DNA of 13,513 nt from Octopus sinensis (taxonomy: Eukaryota): assembly GCF_006345805.1 (NCBI RefSeq), contig NW_021826139.1, positions 1 through 13,513 on the forward strand, given 5' to 3'. The translations under genes and the position numbers were made by a program. Each line of letters opens with the position of its first letter. Position 1 is the first letter of the stretch. Of this stretch, positions 1-9,282 are shown piece after piece. The notes beneath the pieces were generated by a model. It was not told the DNA's origin. It saw only the letters and a program-made list of their open reading frames with translations, and did no database searches.

Positions 1-36
1 AAAATCTGAATGTATGACACCATTCTATTTTTGAAG

Positions 37-146
37 TTCCACCTGCTATGATATTAATTCCAATAACGCCAATGACCCACGTAATCCATCGTGTAAATGT
101 ATAAAATACAACAAACCAAATCTTATAAAGAATATCCACTGCACAG
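37..146 (+). CDS. Peroxidase-like exon: (x)STCYDINSNNANDPRNPSCKCIKYNKPNLIKNIHCT(G)
   Basis: Acceptor ttctatttttgaag|T and donor ACAG|gtaaga. Open frame resembles the MPO segment [29 protein letters not shown] (C..NDPR..C). Phase matches the next exon. Confidence 0.75.
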
Positions 147-208
147 GTAAGAAGTAAAAAGTTTCTTTTTCTTTAGTTATAACATTGTTTCAGGTGTAAT
201 AAGAAAGA

Positions 209-233
209 AGTTAGTTAGTTAGTTAGTTAGTTA
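209..233 (-). repeat. (TAAC)6 tandem tail at LINE 3' end
   Basis: agttagttagttagttagttagtta directly after the 3' UTR. CR1-clade elements end in short tandem repeats rather than poly(A). Confidence 0.9.
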
Positions 234-297
234 ATTTGGCTCAAAAGCAAATAGCAAGGCCATGTAGGGGGACATGGAGTTAAGTACAGGGTGGTGT

Positions 298-3179
298 TCA
301 TGTAAAGAGTTCTGGCCACTTGAAGTCCAGGGAGGCTTTGAACAAAGCGGTCGTCGGCATCTTCACCATCTCGTCTGGCAGCTTGTTCCACGGATCCGCA
401 ACCCGGACGGAGAAAGCTCCTCTCCTTCGATTGAGATGAAATCGTCGCAGGTAGAGCTTTTCGGAATGACCCCGCAGCCGACGCTCCGGAGCAGGAGTGA
501 AGAACAGCTCTTTCGAGAGGTTACACTTCCCGCTTATGATGTTGTGGGCGAGAATGAGATCACCACGGCGGCGGCGTTTTTCAAGAGAACAAAGGTCGAG
601 CGTCCTCAGCCTTTCTTCGTAGGACAAATTTTTGAGACCATGAACCATGCGGGTAGCCAGCCTCTGGACTCTTTCGAGGTGCTGTATGTCTTTGAGGAGA
701 TAAGGAGAAAAGGCTTGAATCCCATACTCCAATATGGGTCTCACCAGCGTGACATAGAGTGGCAGGAATATGCTGCTGTGAGCATTCCGAATGACCGTCG
801 AATCAAAAACAGAATTCCGCGCGCTTTGTTGGCAGCATGGACGCACTGGGCCGAAGGCGAAAAGGAGGAATCCACCAAGATACCCAGGTCCTTTACCTGA
901 TCGGTCCTCTCCAGCAGCAGACGACCCGGCTCGAAATCAAGTTGAGTTGCAGGAGTAGACCGACAGGCAGATGACAGCACTTTGACACGTTCAGACACAG
1001 GTCCCAATCGTTAGACCACTTCCAAATTTGGTGGAGGCATCGACGAAGATCCTCTATACTACCGCGAGGAGCGACCAGTTTGATATCGTCGGCAATAGAA
1101 GGTGTGTTGCGTGAGGTCGTCGGGCAAGTCATTTATGAAGACTAAGAACAACAAGGGCCCAAGCACTGAACCTTGAGGCACGCCACTGCTCGCACTGGAG
1201 ACGTCGGACCGCGAACCATTAACTTGAACTTGGAAGGAGCGATCTGAGAGGAAGGCACCAACCCATCGTACAATATCCGGATGGAAACTATATGCTTGAA
1301 GCTTGACAAGTAGTAGGCGGTGGTTTACCGAGTCAAAAGCTTTGGCAAAGTCCAATAAAACGATGTCAACAGCATCACTATCATCGAGGATGCGCGTCAC
1401 CAATTCTTCCATTACTAGTAAGTTGTCAAGCATGATCTCTTCGGCACGAAGCCGTGTTGGGAATCAGTGATCGAGGCTGTGTTTAGGAGGTGGAGCATCA
1501 TACTTTTCTTAAGGATGGTTTCGAACATCTTGCTGATTATTGATGTAAGGGAAACCGGTCGGTAGTTAAGCGGGTCTTCGCGGCTCCCTTTCTTGAAAAT
1601 TGGGCAGATTATCGCTGTTCTCCAGTCTGCAGGTATAACACCCGTCGCCAATGACATATTGAATAGTCGTGTTAAGGGCTCGCAGATGACCGGAGCCAAC
1701 GCTTTGATAACCCGTGGGTGTATGCCGTCAGGGCCGTGACCCTTGTTGACATCGAGGTCTTGAATAACACGATTGACTTGGTCCCGCGTGATGATCAATC
1801 GAAACATTGGAGGTACCGATCTATCAAATGGAGGGGGTTCACGACCATCATCTTGTTTGAAAATAGTTGAAAAAGCCTCGGCAAATAATTGACTCTGTTG
1901 ATAAGGGTCCTCAATCGATACGCCTGTTGAGTCTACCAACGTTGCAATCTGGTTGTTCAAGCGAGAATTCCGCTGGACATGGGCAAAGAAGGTTTTTGGA
2001 TTGCTACTGGCATTTGCCGCGATTTTGTATTCATAACTGAAGCGTTCCTTCTTTCATTTTCACGGCTCGGTCTCGTTGAGTTTTGTACACCTCAAAAGCT
2101 GCAGTCGAATCCAGATTTTTGAATTCAGCCCAAGCAATATCTCTGAGTCGACGTTCTCGTTTAACCTTCTTCGTCACCCAGGGCTTGTGTTTTTTCTTCC
2201 TCTTGGAAGTCCAACGGGAACTGCCTGGTCAGTCAAACAGATTACATATGCTTTGAGGGATGACCATAGTTCGTCAACTGAGGACAACGTCATCAGGGAA
2301 CGCCAGTCCAGAAGCGCGGAAGCCTCGGTTAGAATTTCAAGATTAATTGCAGAGAAGAGACTCTACGTGGCAGCGAAGTAATCGTGGGCGTGGAAAAAGT
2401 TGTGTGCATGACGAACTTCAGGACCGCATGATCACTCTTGGCAAGAGGGGCGCACACAGATACGTCTGACACTGATCTTGGATAGCGGGAGAATACCAGA
2501 TCTAGCATAGATGGCTGCTGCCCAGACCGATGCCTTGTCGGATATTCAACATGTTGCGATAGAAAACAATCTTCAGCCACGTCAAGAAGGGCCTGGCCGA
2601 ACCGGAAGATGTTGTACAATTGATGCGGGCCAATCGATCGTGGGAGCGTTGAAGTCGCCTAGTACCAAGCAGTCATGCGAAGCTGAAACGAATCTTATCG
2701 CTTCGAGTAGATGAGCATCGTCCTGGGGGTCGGCTAGAGCCGGCCTGTAGACAGCCAACACGGGCAGGCAAAACTCAGATAGGCTCAGCTTGCAATAGAC
2801 GGCATCGAATTTTGTTGTAGGTTGAGCATTTGTGGGTAGAATACCGCAGGACGGTTTGTGCTCAGACTTAACATACACAGCAAACCTCCACCTCGCCTTT
2901 TTCCTCTGTCACATCTGAAAAGGACGTAGCCCTGCAGGTGGATCTCTGAGTCCTTTACTGCTGGAGTCAGCCAAGTCTCGGTGATAGCTATCACATCAGG
3001 GGAGTCGCGTAAGGCCAGTGTAAATAGTTCACTGAACTTTGGGATAAGGAGCACGAGTTGGTGTAGACGATGCTGAGCTGTGAAGTCTGAGGGGCGGGAG
3101 TTGGGGAACAAGCAGAATAAAGGGCATCAGAGATAGCATCGTTGACGGGGGTATCAACTTCACTTCGATTTGCCCTCAC
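298..3179 (-). pseudogene. LINE ORF2 (apurinic-like endonuclease + reverse transcriptase), frameshifted as assembled
   Basis: EN motifs: IVYTN, DVIAITETWL, RRGGG..YVK, AVYRP, LVLGDFNAPTIDW, LDLVFS, SDH. RT motifs: GPDGIHP, NYRPVSLTS, QHGF, LDFAKAFDSV, SGVPQGSVLGPLLFLVFIND, ADDIKL, KDLGI. CR1-type C-terminus: LVRPILEY, LERVQR, RRRRGDLI, LRGH, FSVRVADPWNKLP. Spread over about nine frame segments. Confidence 0.95.
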
Positions 3180-4629
3180 ATCACTTTCCCTGTCAGCACT
3201 ACAGCATGGGACCAGAGGTAGGACTTGATTATCTGTCCATCTTGGATTCGTAAACCCTTCTCTCCCATTTGTTTCCTCCTCATCTTTAGCTCGGATATCA
3301 GGTTCCTCCGGCGAATTCTCTCTCTTAGTGAGTATTCCTCGCGAAAACCCATATTGGGGTCCTCCCAGGCATGCGTCTGAGCTCTGTTCAGAAAGACTGA
3401 AGCCTCCCGATCAGAAGAAAAGATTACCCTTATTGGGCGTGGTCTAGTATCTGCGGTTGGGTTCGCTTGGAATCTTCCTAGCCGAGCGACCTTAAGACAC
3501 TGACATTTTCGTTCACAGAGAACAATTTTCCAACCAAAACGTAAACAAAATTAATGTCATCTTTTAGGCGGTTTATGCCTGTATCACAGGTGGATTCAGC
3601 TTGCCATATATTATTGCCGATCTTGAGTGGGCAAAAAGTTCTCTACTATGAGCTGCGGTATTCGATTCTTCATTGGAGGATTTCGAAAGGGTGGTTTCAT
3701 AGCCATCGGACTCATGTCGGCCTGTGGGTCGATCGAATGGATTTAGTGGTCATAATTTTCCCGCCTGGTTTGGAACTGCACTGCCTCTTCTTCGGTTTGG
3801 GGAGCACCACTCCCCAGATGAATCCACATCGAGATCGTTCAGATTGGTTGAGCAATGGCATTAATGGAAGGACAAGTGAAGGAGAATCCAAACAGATTTT
3901 ATCGTGATCAGGTTTCATAGCCAAATCTGCCCCTCTGGAGTTTTGACTACGTTTCTTCTTTTGGGGAGAACAACGGTCTTCAGGTGGGTTTGAGTCTACG
4001 CTCCTCGAACAAGGTTGGGGAACCTCCGGGACCGACAAGGCAGATGAGGAAGAATCCGCACAGGAACGATCATGTGCAGGAACGACCGCCGGTTCCTTCG
4101 CCTTCTTTGGCCGCTTCGATTTTGTTCCCTTCGGTTTGGACGTCTCCAGGGAAGAAATCAAGGGTGACCCTGCGTCAACAGGAGACCGTTTATCATGGTC
4201 AGGTTTCATAGCTAAATCCGCCCCACTGGAGTTTTGACGACGTTTCTTCTTTTGGGGAGAACAACGGTCTCCAGGTGGGTTTGAGTCTACGCTCCTCAAA
4301 TTAGGTTGGGGAACCTCCGGGACCGAAAAGGCAGATGAGGAAGAATCCGCACGGGAACGATCATGTGCAGAAACGACCGCTGGTTCCTTCGCCTTCTTTG
4401 GCCGCCTCGATTTGTTCCCTCGGTTTGGACGTCTCCAGGGAAGAAATCAAGGTGACTCTGCATCAACAGGAGACTGTTTATTCAGTAAGAGAGCAACAAC
4501 AGACTTTAGGTGTTCAACCTCTTGTTTGAGCAACAGCAACTGTTCGTTGAGCTGACTATTGGTAGGACCATCATCTTGATGAGAAGCCCTACTTGCAGAT
4601 CTCAGTTTCGATGCGTAGGTAGCTGACAT
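3176..4629 (-). pseudogene. LINE ORF1 (coiled coil, low-complexity duplicated linker, L1-like RRM/CTD), frameshifted as assembled
   Basis: ATG at 4629 is followed by the heptad-like LNEQLLLLKQEVEHLKSVVALLL. Manual translation of 3650-3176 gives RSAIIYG.AES...KVARLGRF...RPRPIRVIF...FREEYSLRERIRRRNLISELKMRRKQMGEKGLRIQDGQII...KVM*, the pattern typical of RRM+CTD ORF1s in CR1/L2 elements. Stop TGA at 3178-3176. Confidence 0.8.
3898..4481. repeat. Tandem duplication of a 291-bp (97-codon) unit inside ORF1
   Basis: ggtttcatag begins at 3911 and 4202 (period 291). The two copies align along their length with scattered substitutions. The upstream (ORF1 5') copy lacks three single bases in G/T runs. 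Confidence 0.95.
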
Positions 4630-4876
4630 GATGGATGGTTGACTAAAAACAATCTTCTATGGGCTCTAGGACAAATCGGGGTTAAATCAGGAACAAAAAA
4701 CAGGTGCAATCCTTGTAGGAGTAGGCAACAGCAGACAAAAACTGAGAGAGTTTGGGCTGAGCCGAATCACAATCCAAGATTGAAAGCAGACGGTGCAACG
4801 AGTCGGGAACCCTTCCTAATTGTCTGAAGCAGCTTAAGGATAAGGGATAGTATGTCCAAACTTTAGAATATTGATA

Positions 4877-4921
4877 TGGCTGGTTAGCAAGCTACTTACC
4901 ACACAGCCACTCCTGCGCCTA
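4877..4921 (-). mobile_element. 5' head fragment of a tRNA-derived SINE (same family as 5533-5895)
   Basis: Reverse complement taggcgcaggagtggctgtgtggtaagtagcttgctaacca matches the start of the copy at 5533. Confidence 0.8.
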
Positions 4922-5532
4922 GGGATTTTTTAAATAGATCTTACAAAGAACAATATAATAAATACAATATATGGTGTACGTTGCGTCAGCTATACTTCCA
5001 ATTATAATACTTTGCAAAGCTCCATACTATTAGGTTTTAATAAAAGGGACAGTTATAAAGACAGGGTTAGAGTACTCCAAAACATACATGTTCTGTACCT
5101 TAAAAGAGCGAGCAATTAAATCTTACACAAGTGGAACGATGTAAAATTTCAATTCTTCTCAGAGTGATAAACAATTACAAATGTTTGTATAGTCATACTT
5201 AACGTTTTAAAATATATTCAGAAAAGAATACGAAAGTGTTAAGGCCTGATATACGTACACCAGACGCTTGTATAAGAGGAATTCAGCGTTTCACTGTTCG
5301 TAATAGGGTCATCTGAGAAGTAATATGATAAAAATTACCCAAAATTAAATCACAGACAAGAGAAGAGATAGTTGCTGTTCTTTTGGAAAGATGTCTCGAA
5401 CAGCTGTAAAAACGTTTCTGTATATATATTATTTGCTTTTTGTTGAAAGCAATACTTTGAACTTCGAAGTAACAAGGTCTTTTAATTTTTAGAAATCAGA
5501 ATTTGACCATATAATTCATAATTTTAAATTTC

Positions 5533-5895
5533 TAGGAGTGGATGTGTGGTAAGTAGCTTGCTTACGAACCACATGGCTCCAGGTTCATTCCTACTGCGTG
5601 GCACCTTGGGCATGTCTTCTACCAAAGCCTTGTGAGTGGATTTGGTAGACGGAAACTGAAAGAAGCCCGTCGTATATATGTATATGTATATATATGTGTG
5701 TGTTTGTGTGTCTGTGTTTGTGTCCCCGACATCGCTTGTCAACCGATGCTGGTGTGTTTACGTCCCCGTCATTTAGCGGTTCGGCAAAAGAGGCCGATAG
5801 ATTAAGTACTAGGCTTACAAAGAATAAAAAGGCGGTGCTCCAGCATGGCCACAGTCAAATGACTGAAACAATTAAAAGGGTAAAAGCGTAAAGGG
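5533..5895 (+). mobile_element. tRNA-derived SINE of a family abundant in octopus genomes
   Basis: A-box-like TGGATGTGTGG (5539-5549) and B-box-like GGTTCATTCC (5582-5591). Internal TA/TG microsatellite and 3' short-repeat tail (taaaagggtaaaagcgtaaaggg). Family recognised from memory; exact name not assigned. Confidence 0.8.
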
Positions 5896-6004
5896 TATCT
5901 GACATTTTGAACACTCTTCATAATTAAAAAATAATTGCTTAATTGTGATATCTACTGTTGTCTAAATTTTTCTTACTTTAATTCTTGTTTTATCCCTCAA
6001 ACAG

Positions 6005-6097
6005 GTTCAGAAACGGAAGGCAAAAATAAAGTCCCCCATGTGATTGACTTGTCTTTTCTGTATTCATCAGTTCATTACCTAGGCAATTTACCGTCCG
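6005..6097 (+). CDS. Peroxidase-like exon: (G)SETEGKNKVPHVIDLSFLYSSVHYLGNLPS(G), Ca2+-loop region
   Basis: Pyrimidine-rich acceptor ending aacag|GT and donor CCG|gtaagg. NKVPHVIDLSFLYSS aligns to the family motif NALTSFVDASMVYGS. Confidence 0.85.
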
Positions 6098-6390
6098 GTA
6101 AGGACCAATACTTTTCATTGAACACACGGGTATATGTATCTACCGACTTATCTACGCATCTATATTTTCTAAGTGTACATTGTAATCCGCAATAATGCTA
6201 TATAACTTATGGGTATTACATAATATTGCACTACGGATTCGAAATTTTACCATGTTCAAGACGTTCTTGTATCACAAGACGTTCTCAACTTAGATACACA
6301 ATACAGAAGAAATATCATAAGGGAAGGCTGGAGACAGAAATAATTGTGTCTAACTCACTATTCATTCTTGCTTTTCGTTTCGAATTTTAG

Positions 6391-6447
6391 GAAAATTCCC
6401 TTCGCCTACAACATTTTTTCTAAAAACGGGAAACCCAATAACCGGAG
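6391..6447 (+). CDS. Short 57-nt symmetric exon: (G)KFPSPTTFFLKTGNPITG
   Basis: Acceptor ttcttgcttttcgtttcgaattttag|GA and donor GAG|gtaaga. Phase 1-1 and open. Weak protein similarity, so support comes mainly from splice signals and position. Confidence 0.7.
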
Positions 6448-6593
6448 GTAAGATGTTCTTTAGTAGATAATCATCATTATTTCTCTATCTGCCTCTCTGT
6501 CTGTCTCTCTTGGTCTCTTTCTCTCTATTTTTCTATGTATATGTGGTGTGTGTGTTTGTGCATTTGTGTGTGTGTGTGGGTAATATTTACATT

Positions 6594-6597
<4 letters not shown>

Positions 6598-6659
<62 letters not shown>
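6598..6659. repeat. (TA)31 microsatellite, preceded by imperfect TG/TC tracts
   Basis: Directly visible. Confidence 0.97.
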
Positions 6660-6662
<3 letters not shown>

Positions 6663-6736
6663 ATGTTCGATAATAAAACGAATGGTTTATACCTGGTAGC
6701 TTACTGGTAAAACACGGGCACAGTCACTGTGCTCGT

Positions 6737-7231
6737 TATGTATCAGATTAATACGAGACAGAAGATGGAAGAGACAAGAGTTTTTATTAATCACTACAAT
6801 TATTTCGACACATCTAGCATCAATCCCTTACGGGTGGAATACTTAACAACTAGTTCAGGAGCATCCAACGTGTTAAAAACAAAACAGTTCCGCAATGTAT
6901 CTCCTCAGTTCTCGGAATGAAAAGCAGCCAATTAAAGGATATAGCTTCATTTCGTGAATGTAGAAGGTCAGTATAACGGATTCCTTTCTGCATCTGTTAT
7001 TTTATTATTGATCTTCTACATTCATAATACATTGCGGAACTTTTTTTGGTTTTAACGAGTTGTATGTGTTTATCACTCGAAGAGACATATCTTCACCGTT
7101 GGATGCTCCTTAACTAGTTGTTAAGTATCCCCCCCCCCCGTGAGGGATCGATGCCAGTGATTAATATAAATGTAGTGATTAATATAAATTCTCGTATCTT
7201 ACCTCTTCCGCCTCTCATTAATCGATACATA
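6737..7231. repeat. ~495-bp imperfect inverted repeat (fold-back), probably inverted Penelope-like pLTR fragments
   Basis: Nested complementary blocks: tatgtatcagattaat/attaatcgatacata, tattaatcactaca/tgtagtgattaata, atacttaacaactagttcaggagcatccaacg/cgttggatgctccttaactagttgttaagtat, agttccgcaatgtat/atacattgcggaact, tgaatgtagaaggtca/tgatcttctacattca. Both arms carry hammerhead-like motifs. Confidence 0.9.
6786..6912 (-). ncRNA. Hammerhead-ribozyme-like motif (minimal type I, long stem II loop, stem I disrupted)
   Basis: The - strand reads CUGAGGA-GAUACAU-(~80 nt)-AUGUGUC-GAAA-U-AAUU-G-UA-GUGAU. This gives a 7-bp stem II, intact core boxes and a near-palindromic short stem III. Confidence 0.55.
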
Positions 7232-7959
7232 CACACACACACACACACACGCAAATAGAGACAAATTTTCTGCGTTGTAGCGTTGTCAACTTAGCAGTTT
7301 CAACTTTAAAGTTTTAGCCCGTGAAATTTATAGTTTAGCGTCTGTGAAGCAGTTGAAACTCCAACTATTTCCATAATGTGCCACACAGATTCTGTCCCAT
7401 AATTACATTAAGGCCCTATATATCTTTGGAATATGGTGGATAGGTATGTCCATTTATTCAGAAGTATTAACAATGTTTTCAATTTTACTTTCTTAACTAT
7501 TTTCAGAGAGATCTTTTTAAATTTATACTGTACATCTTTTATATGAGAGAGACGGCAAAAACAACACAAATTGGATTCAACTCTGATTTATTATCGATTT
7601 TATTCACTTAAATCGAGAATATACTTTTGTTAAAGTCTTTAACTCTATTAGTATATTATAAATCTATGAAAAAAAATGATCATCAATAATTCTGAAAGCT
7701 TAAGGAATAGTAATGATCCATGTTTGAATTAGATCCTTCCTATGTAATAAAAAAAGCAGAAGTTAAGTAAGCCAAACACTAGCGGAAATGAGATCAAATT
7801 TTGTCGAATGTTAACTTATGTATTTCAGTCGTTTGCAACTTAATAAATAATTGTGATTGATATGTAAATTTGACCCTGTTGGTTTTATTGTAACATCTTT
7901 CACTAAGAAATTTGAATTTTGTTTAATAAAAACAAAAATTTTTTTTCTATATTCTATAG

Positions 7960-8404
7960 CTGCAGGTGATATCAATCAGAACCCTTTAGTGTTCGCATTA
8001 AGTCGTGTTCTTATGGATGAACACAATAGACTGGTCAGTAAAATGACTGCATTTCATAGACCAAACCCTTCATTTGAAGCAAGGAAGTTACTGATTGGAA
8101 TATTCCAGCATATTACGTACAACGAATATTTACCGATGCTGCTCGGTGCCAGCACTCCAGTTAGGTCTTTGACTACAGGTACTCGTACTCCCATCAGCAG
8201 TACGCTTCCTATGGTTTCTCATTCTTTCGTTCTTGCCTATAAATTAGCAATGGCTTCGATGTTGAGAGAGACTGTAACTATCGATGCAACTCCAAATATT
8301 AATCTGAAAGGTATATTAAACGACCAAACAAAAATAGACACTGCCACCAAGCTCGCAAGCATCACTAAAGGAATGCTGACAGACTGCAGCTTAAAAATCG
8401 GAAA
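7960..8404 (+). CDS. Peroxidase-like core exon (AGD...EHNRL...FEARKLLIGIFQHITYNEYLPMLLG...proximal-helix region)
   Basis: Lies within ORF 7857..8408. Acceptor ttttttctatattctatag|CT (alternative in-phase AG at 7964-7965) and donor AA|gtaagt. EHNRL and EARK..QHITY.EYLP.LLG are hallmark An_peroxidase motifs. Confidence 0.93.
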
Positions 8405-8498
8405 GTAAGTCAATAATCCGTTGAACACTCTTCTTTCTAAATTCAAATTCTCTCAGAGCAGACATTCTTTTAATAGCACTGGTATTTGTAAAATAAAT

Positions 8499-8897
8499 CC
8501 TTTCTACTATAGGTACAAGACCTGAAATTTTGAGGGAAGAGGGATTAGTCGATTACATTGACCCCATTGTGTAACTGGTCTTAATTTATTGACCCCGAAA
8601 GGATGAAAGGCAAAGTCGGCCCCAGCGGCATTTGAACTGAGAACGTGAAGACAGATGAAATAACTATTTCTTTACTACCCACAAGGGGCTAAACACAGAG
8701 ACGACAAACAAGGACAGACAAACGGATCAAGTCGATTATATCGACCCCAGTGTGCAACTGGTAGTTATTTAATCGATCCCGAAAGGATGAAAGACAAAGT
8801 CGACCTCGGCGGATTTGAACTCAGAACGTAGCGGCAGACGAAATACCACTAAGCATTTTGCCCGGCGTGCTAATGACTCTGCCAGCTCGGCGCCTTT
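8499..8897 (-). mobile_element. Dimeric tRNA-derived SINE with Nin-like central domain, flanked by 17-bp TSD
   Basis: The - strand begins aggcgccgagctggcagagtcattagc, has B-box GAGTTCAAATCC and two copies of (g)yctttcatcctttcggg.tc.at.aa.taa..accag. Perfect direct repeat gtatttgtaaaataaat at 8482-8498 and 8898-8914. Confidence 0.9.
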
Positions 8898-9282
8898 GTA
8901 TTTGTAAAATAAATGCTAGTATGTACGTATCTGTATATATAGGCAAGTATATGTGTGTATATGTGTTTTGTGTGTGTGTGTATGTGAATTAGAAGTTACT
9001 GATTCATCATATTATTGTAACAAAATTACTTTTTGACAGTATGGTTAGATCAGTGGACAAAAAAATTGTCCTTGTTCATTTTTTTGAAGTAGATTTTACT
9101 TATTGTTCGGATGATCGTAAAATAAAAGAACAGTACATCACTGGTATTTATTTTATTGTTTCCCCCTCCCGGAACGTCTAGTGTCTTACCAATCTTAGAA
9201 ATCATAATGTGTATATATTTTACTTCCTATAACAGTATTACTTCGTTTTTTTTTTCTGATATTTTTAATTTTCTTTTTTCAG

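Larger units (their letters stand above)
209..4850 (-). mobile_element. Apparently full-length CR1-clade (CR1/L2 group) non-LTR retrotransposon, antisense within an intron
   Basis: Order on the - strand: ~220-nt 5' UTR, ORF1, APE endonuclease + RT ORF2, ~65-nt 3' UTR with hairpin CCATGT-ccccct-ACATGG (260-277), and (TAAC)6 tail. Visibly more GC-rich than the flanks. The 5' boundary (~4850) is approximate. Confidence 0.93.

Noticed and set aside
209-233. Telomere-like or CRISPR-like repeat
   Set aside because: The unit is GTTA/TAAC, not TTAGGG. There are no spacers, and its position identifies it as the LINE tail.
274-900. 208-aa + strand ORF
   Set aside because: It is antisense to the LINE ORF2 C-terminus and has no recognisable motifs. 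It runs through a position where ORF2 itself is frameshifted, so it is a shadow ORF.
2076-4827. Several + strand ORFs (2076-2381, 2511-2714, 3554-3907, 3984-4211, 4335-4529, 4639-4827)
   Set aside because: Antisense shadows of the GC-richer LINE; no motifs and no splice context.
195-4860. Target-site duplication for the LINE (ataagaaagaag versus ataagggatag)
   Set aside because: Only a 5-nt match in AT-rich DNA; not convincing.
5524-6920. ORFs 5524-5742, 5694-5891, 6510-6710, 6729-6920
   Set aside because: Translations of SINE, microsatellite (YIYIYI) and inverted-repeat sequence.
7296-7360. 10-bp inverted repeat agtttcaact/agttgaaact
   Set aside because: Too short and isolated to support an element or structure call.
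7485-7620. Acceptor-like ttttactttcttaactattttcag at 7506 as a possible extra exon restoring the distal Arg
   Set aside because: The required phase-1 frame hits TAA within five codons and no frame resembles peroxidase.
8237-8446. 69-aa hydrophobic - strand ORF
   Set aside because: Antisense to the peroxidase-like exon; no independent support.
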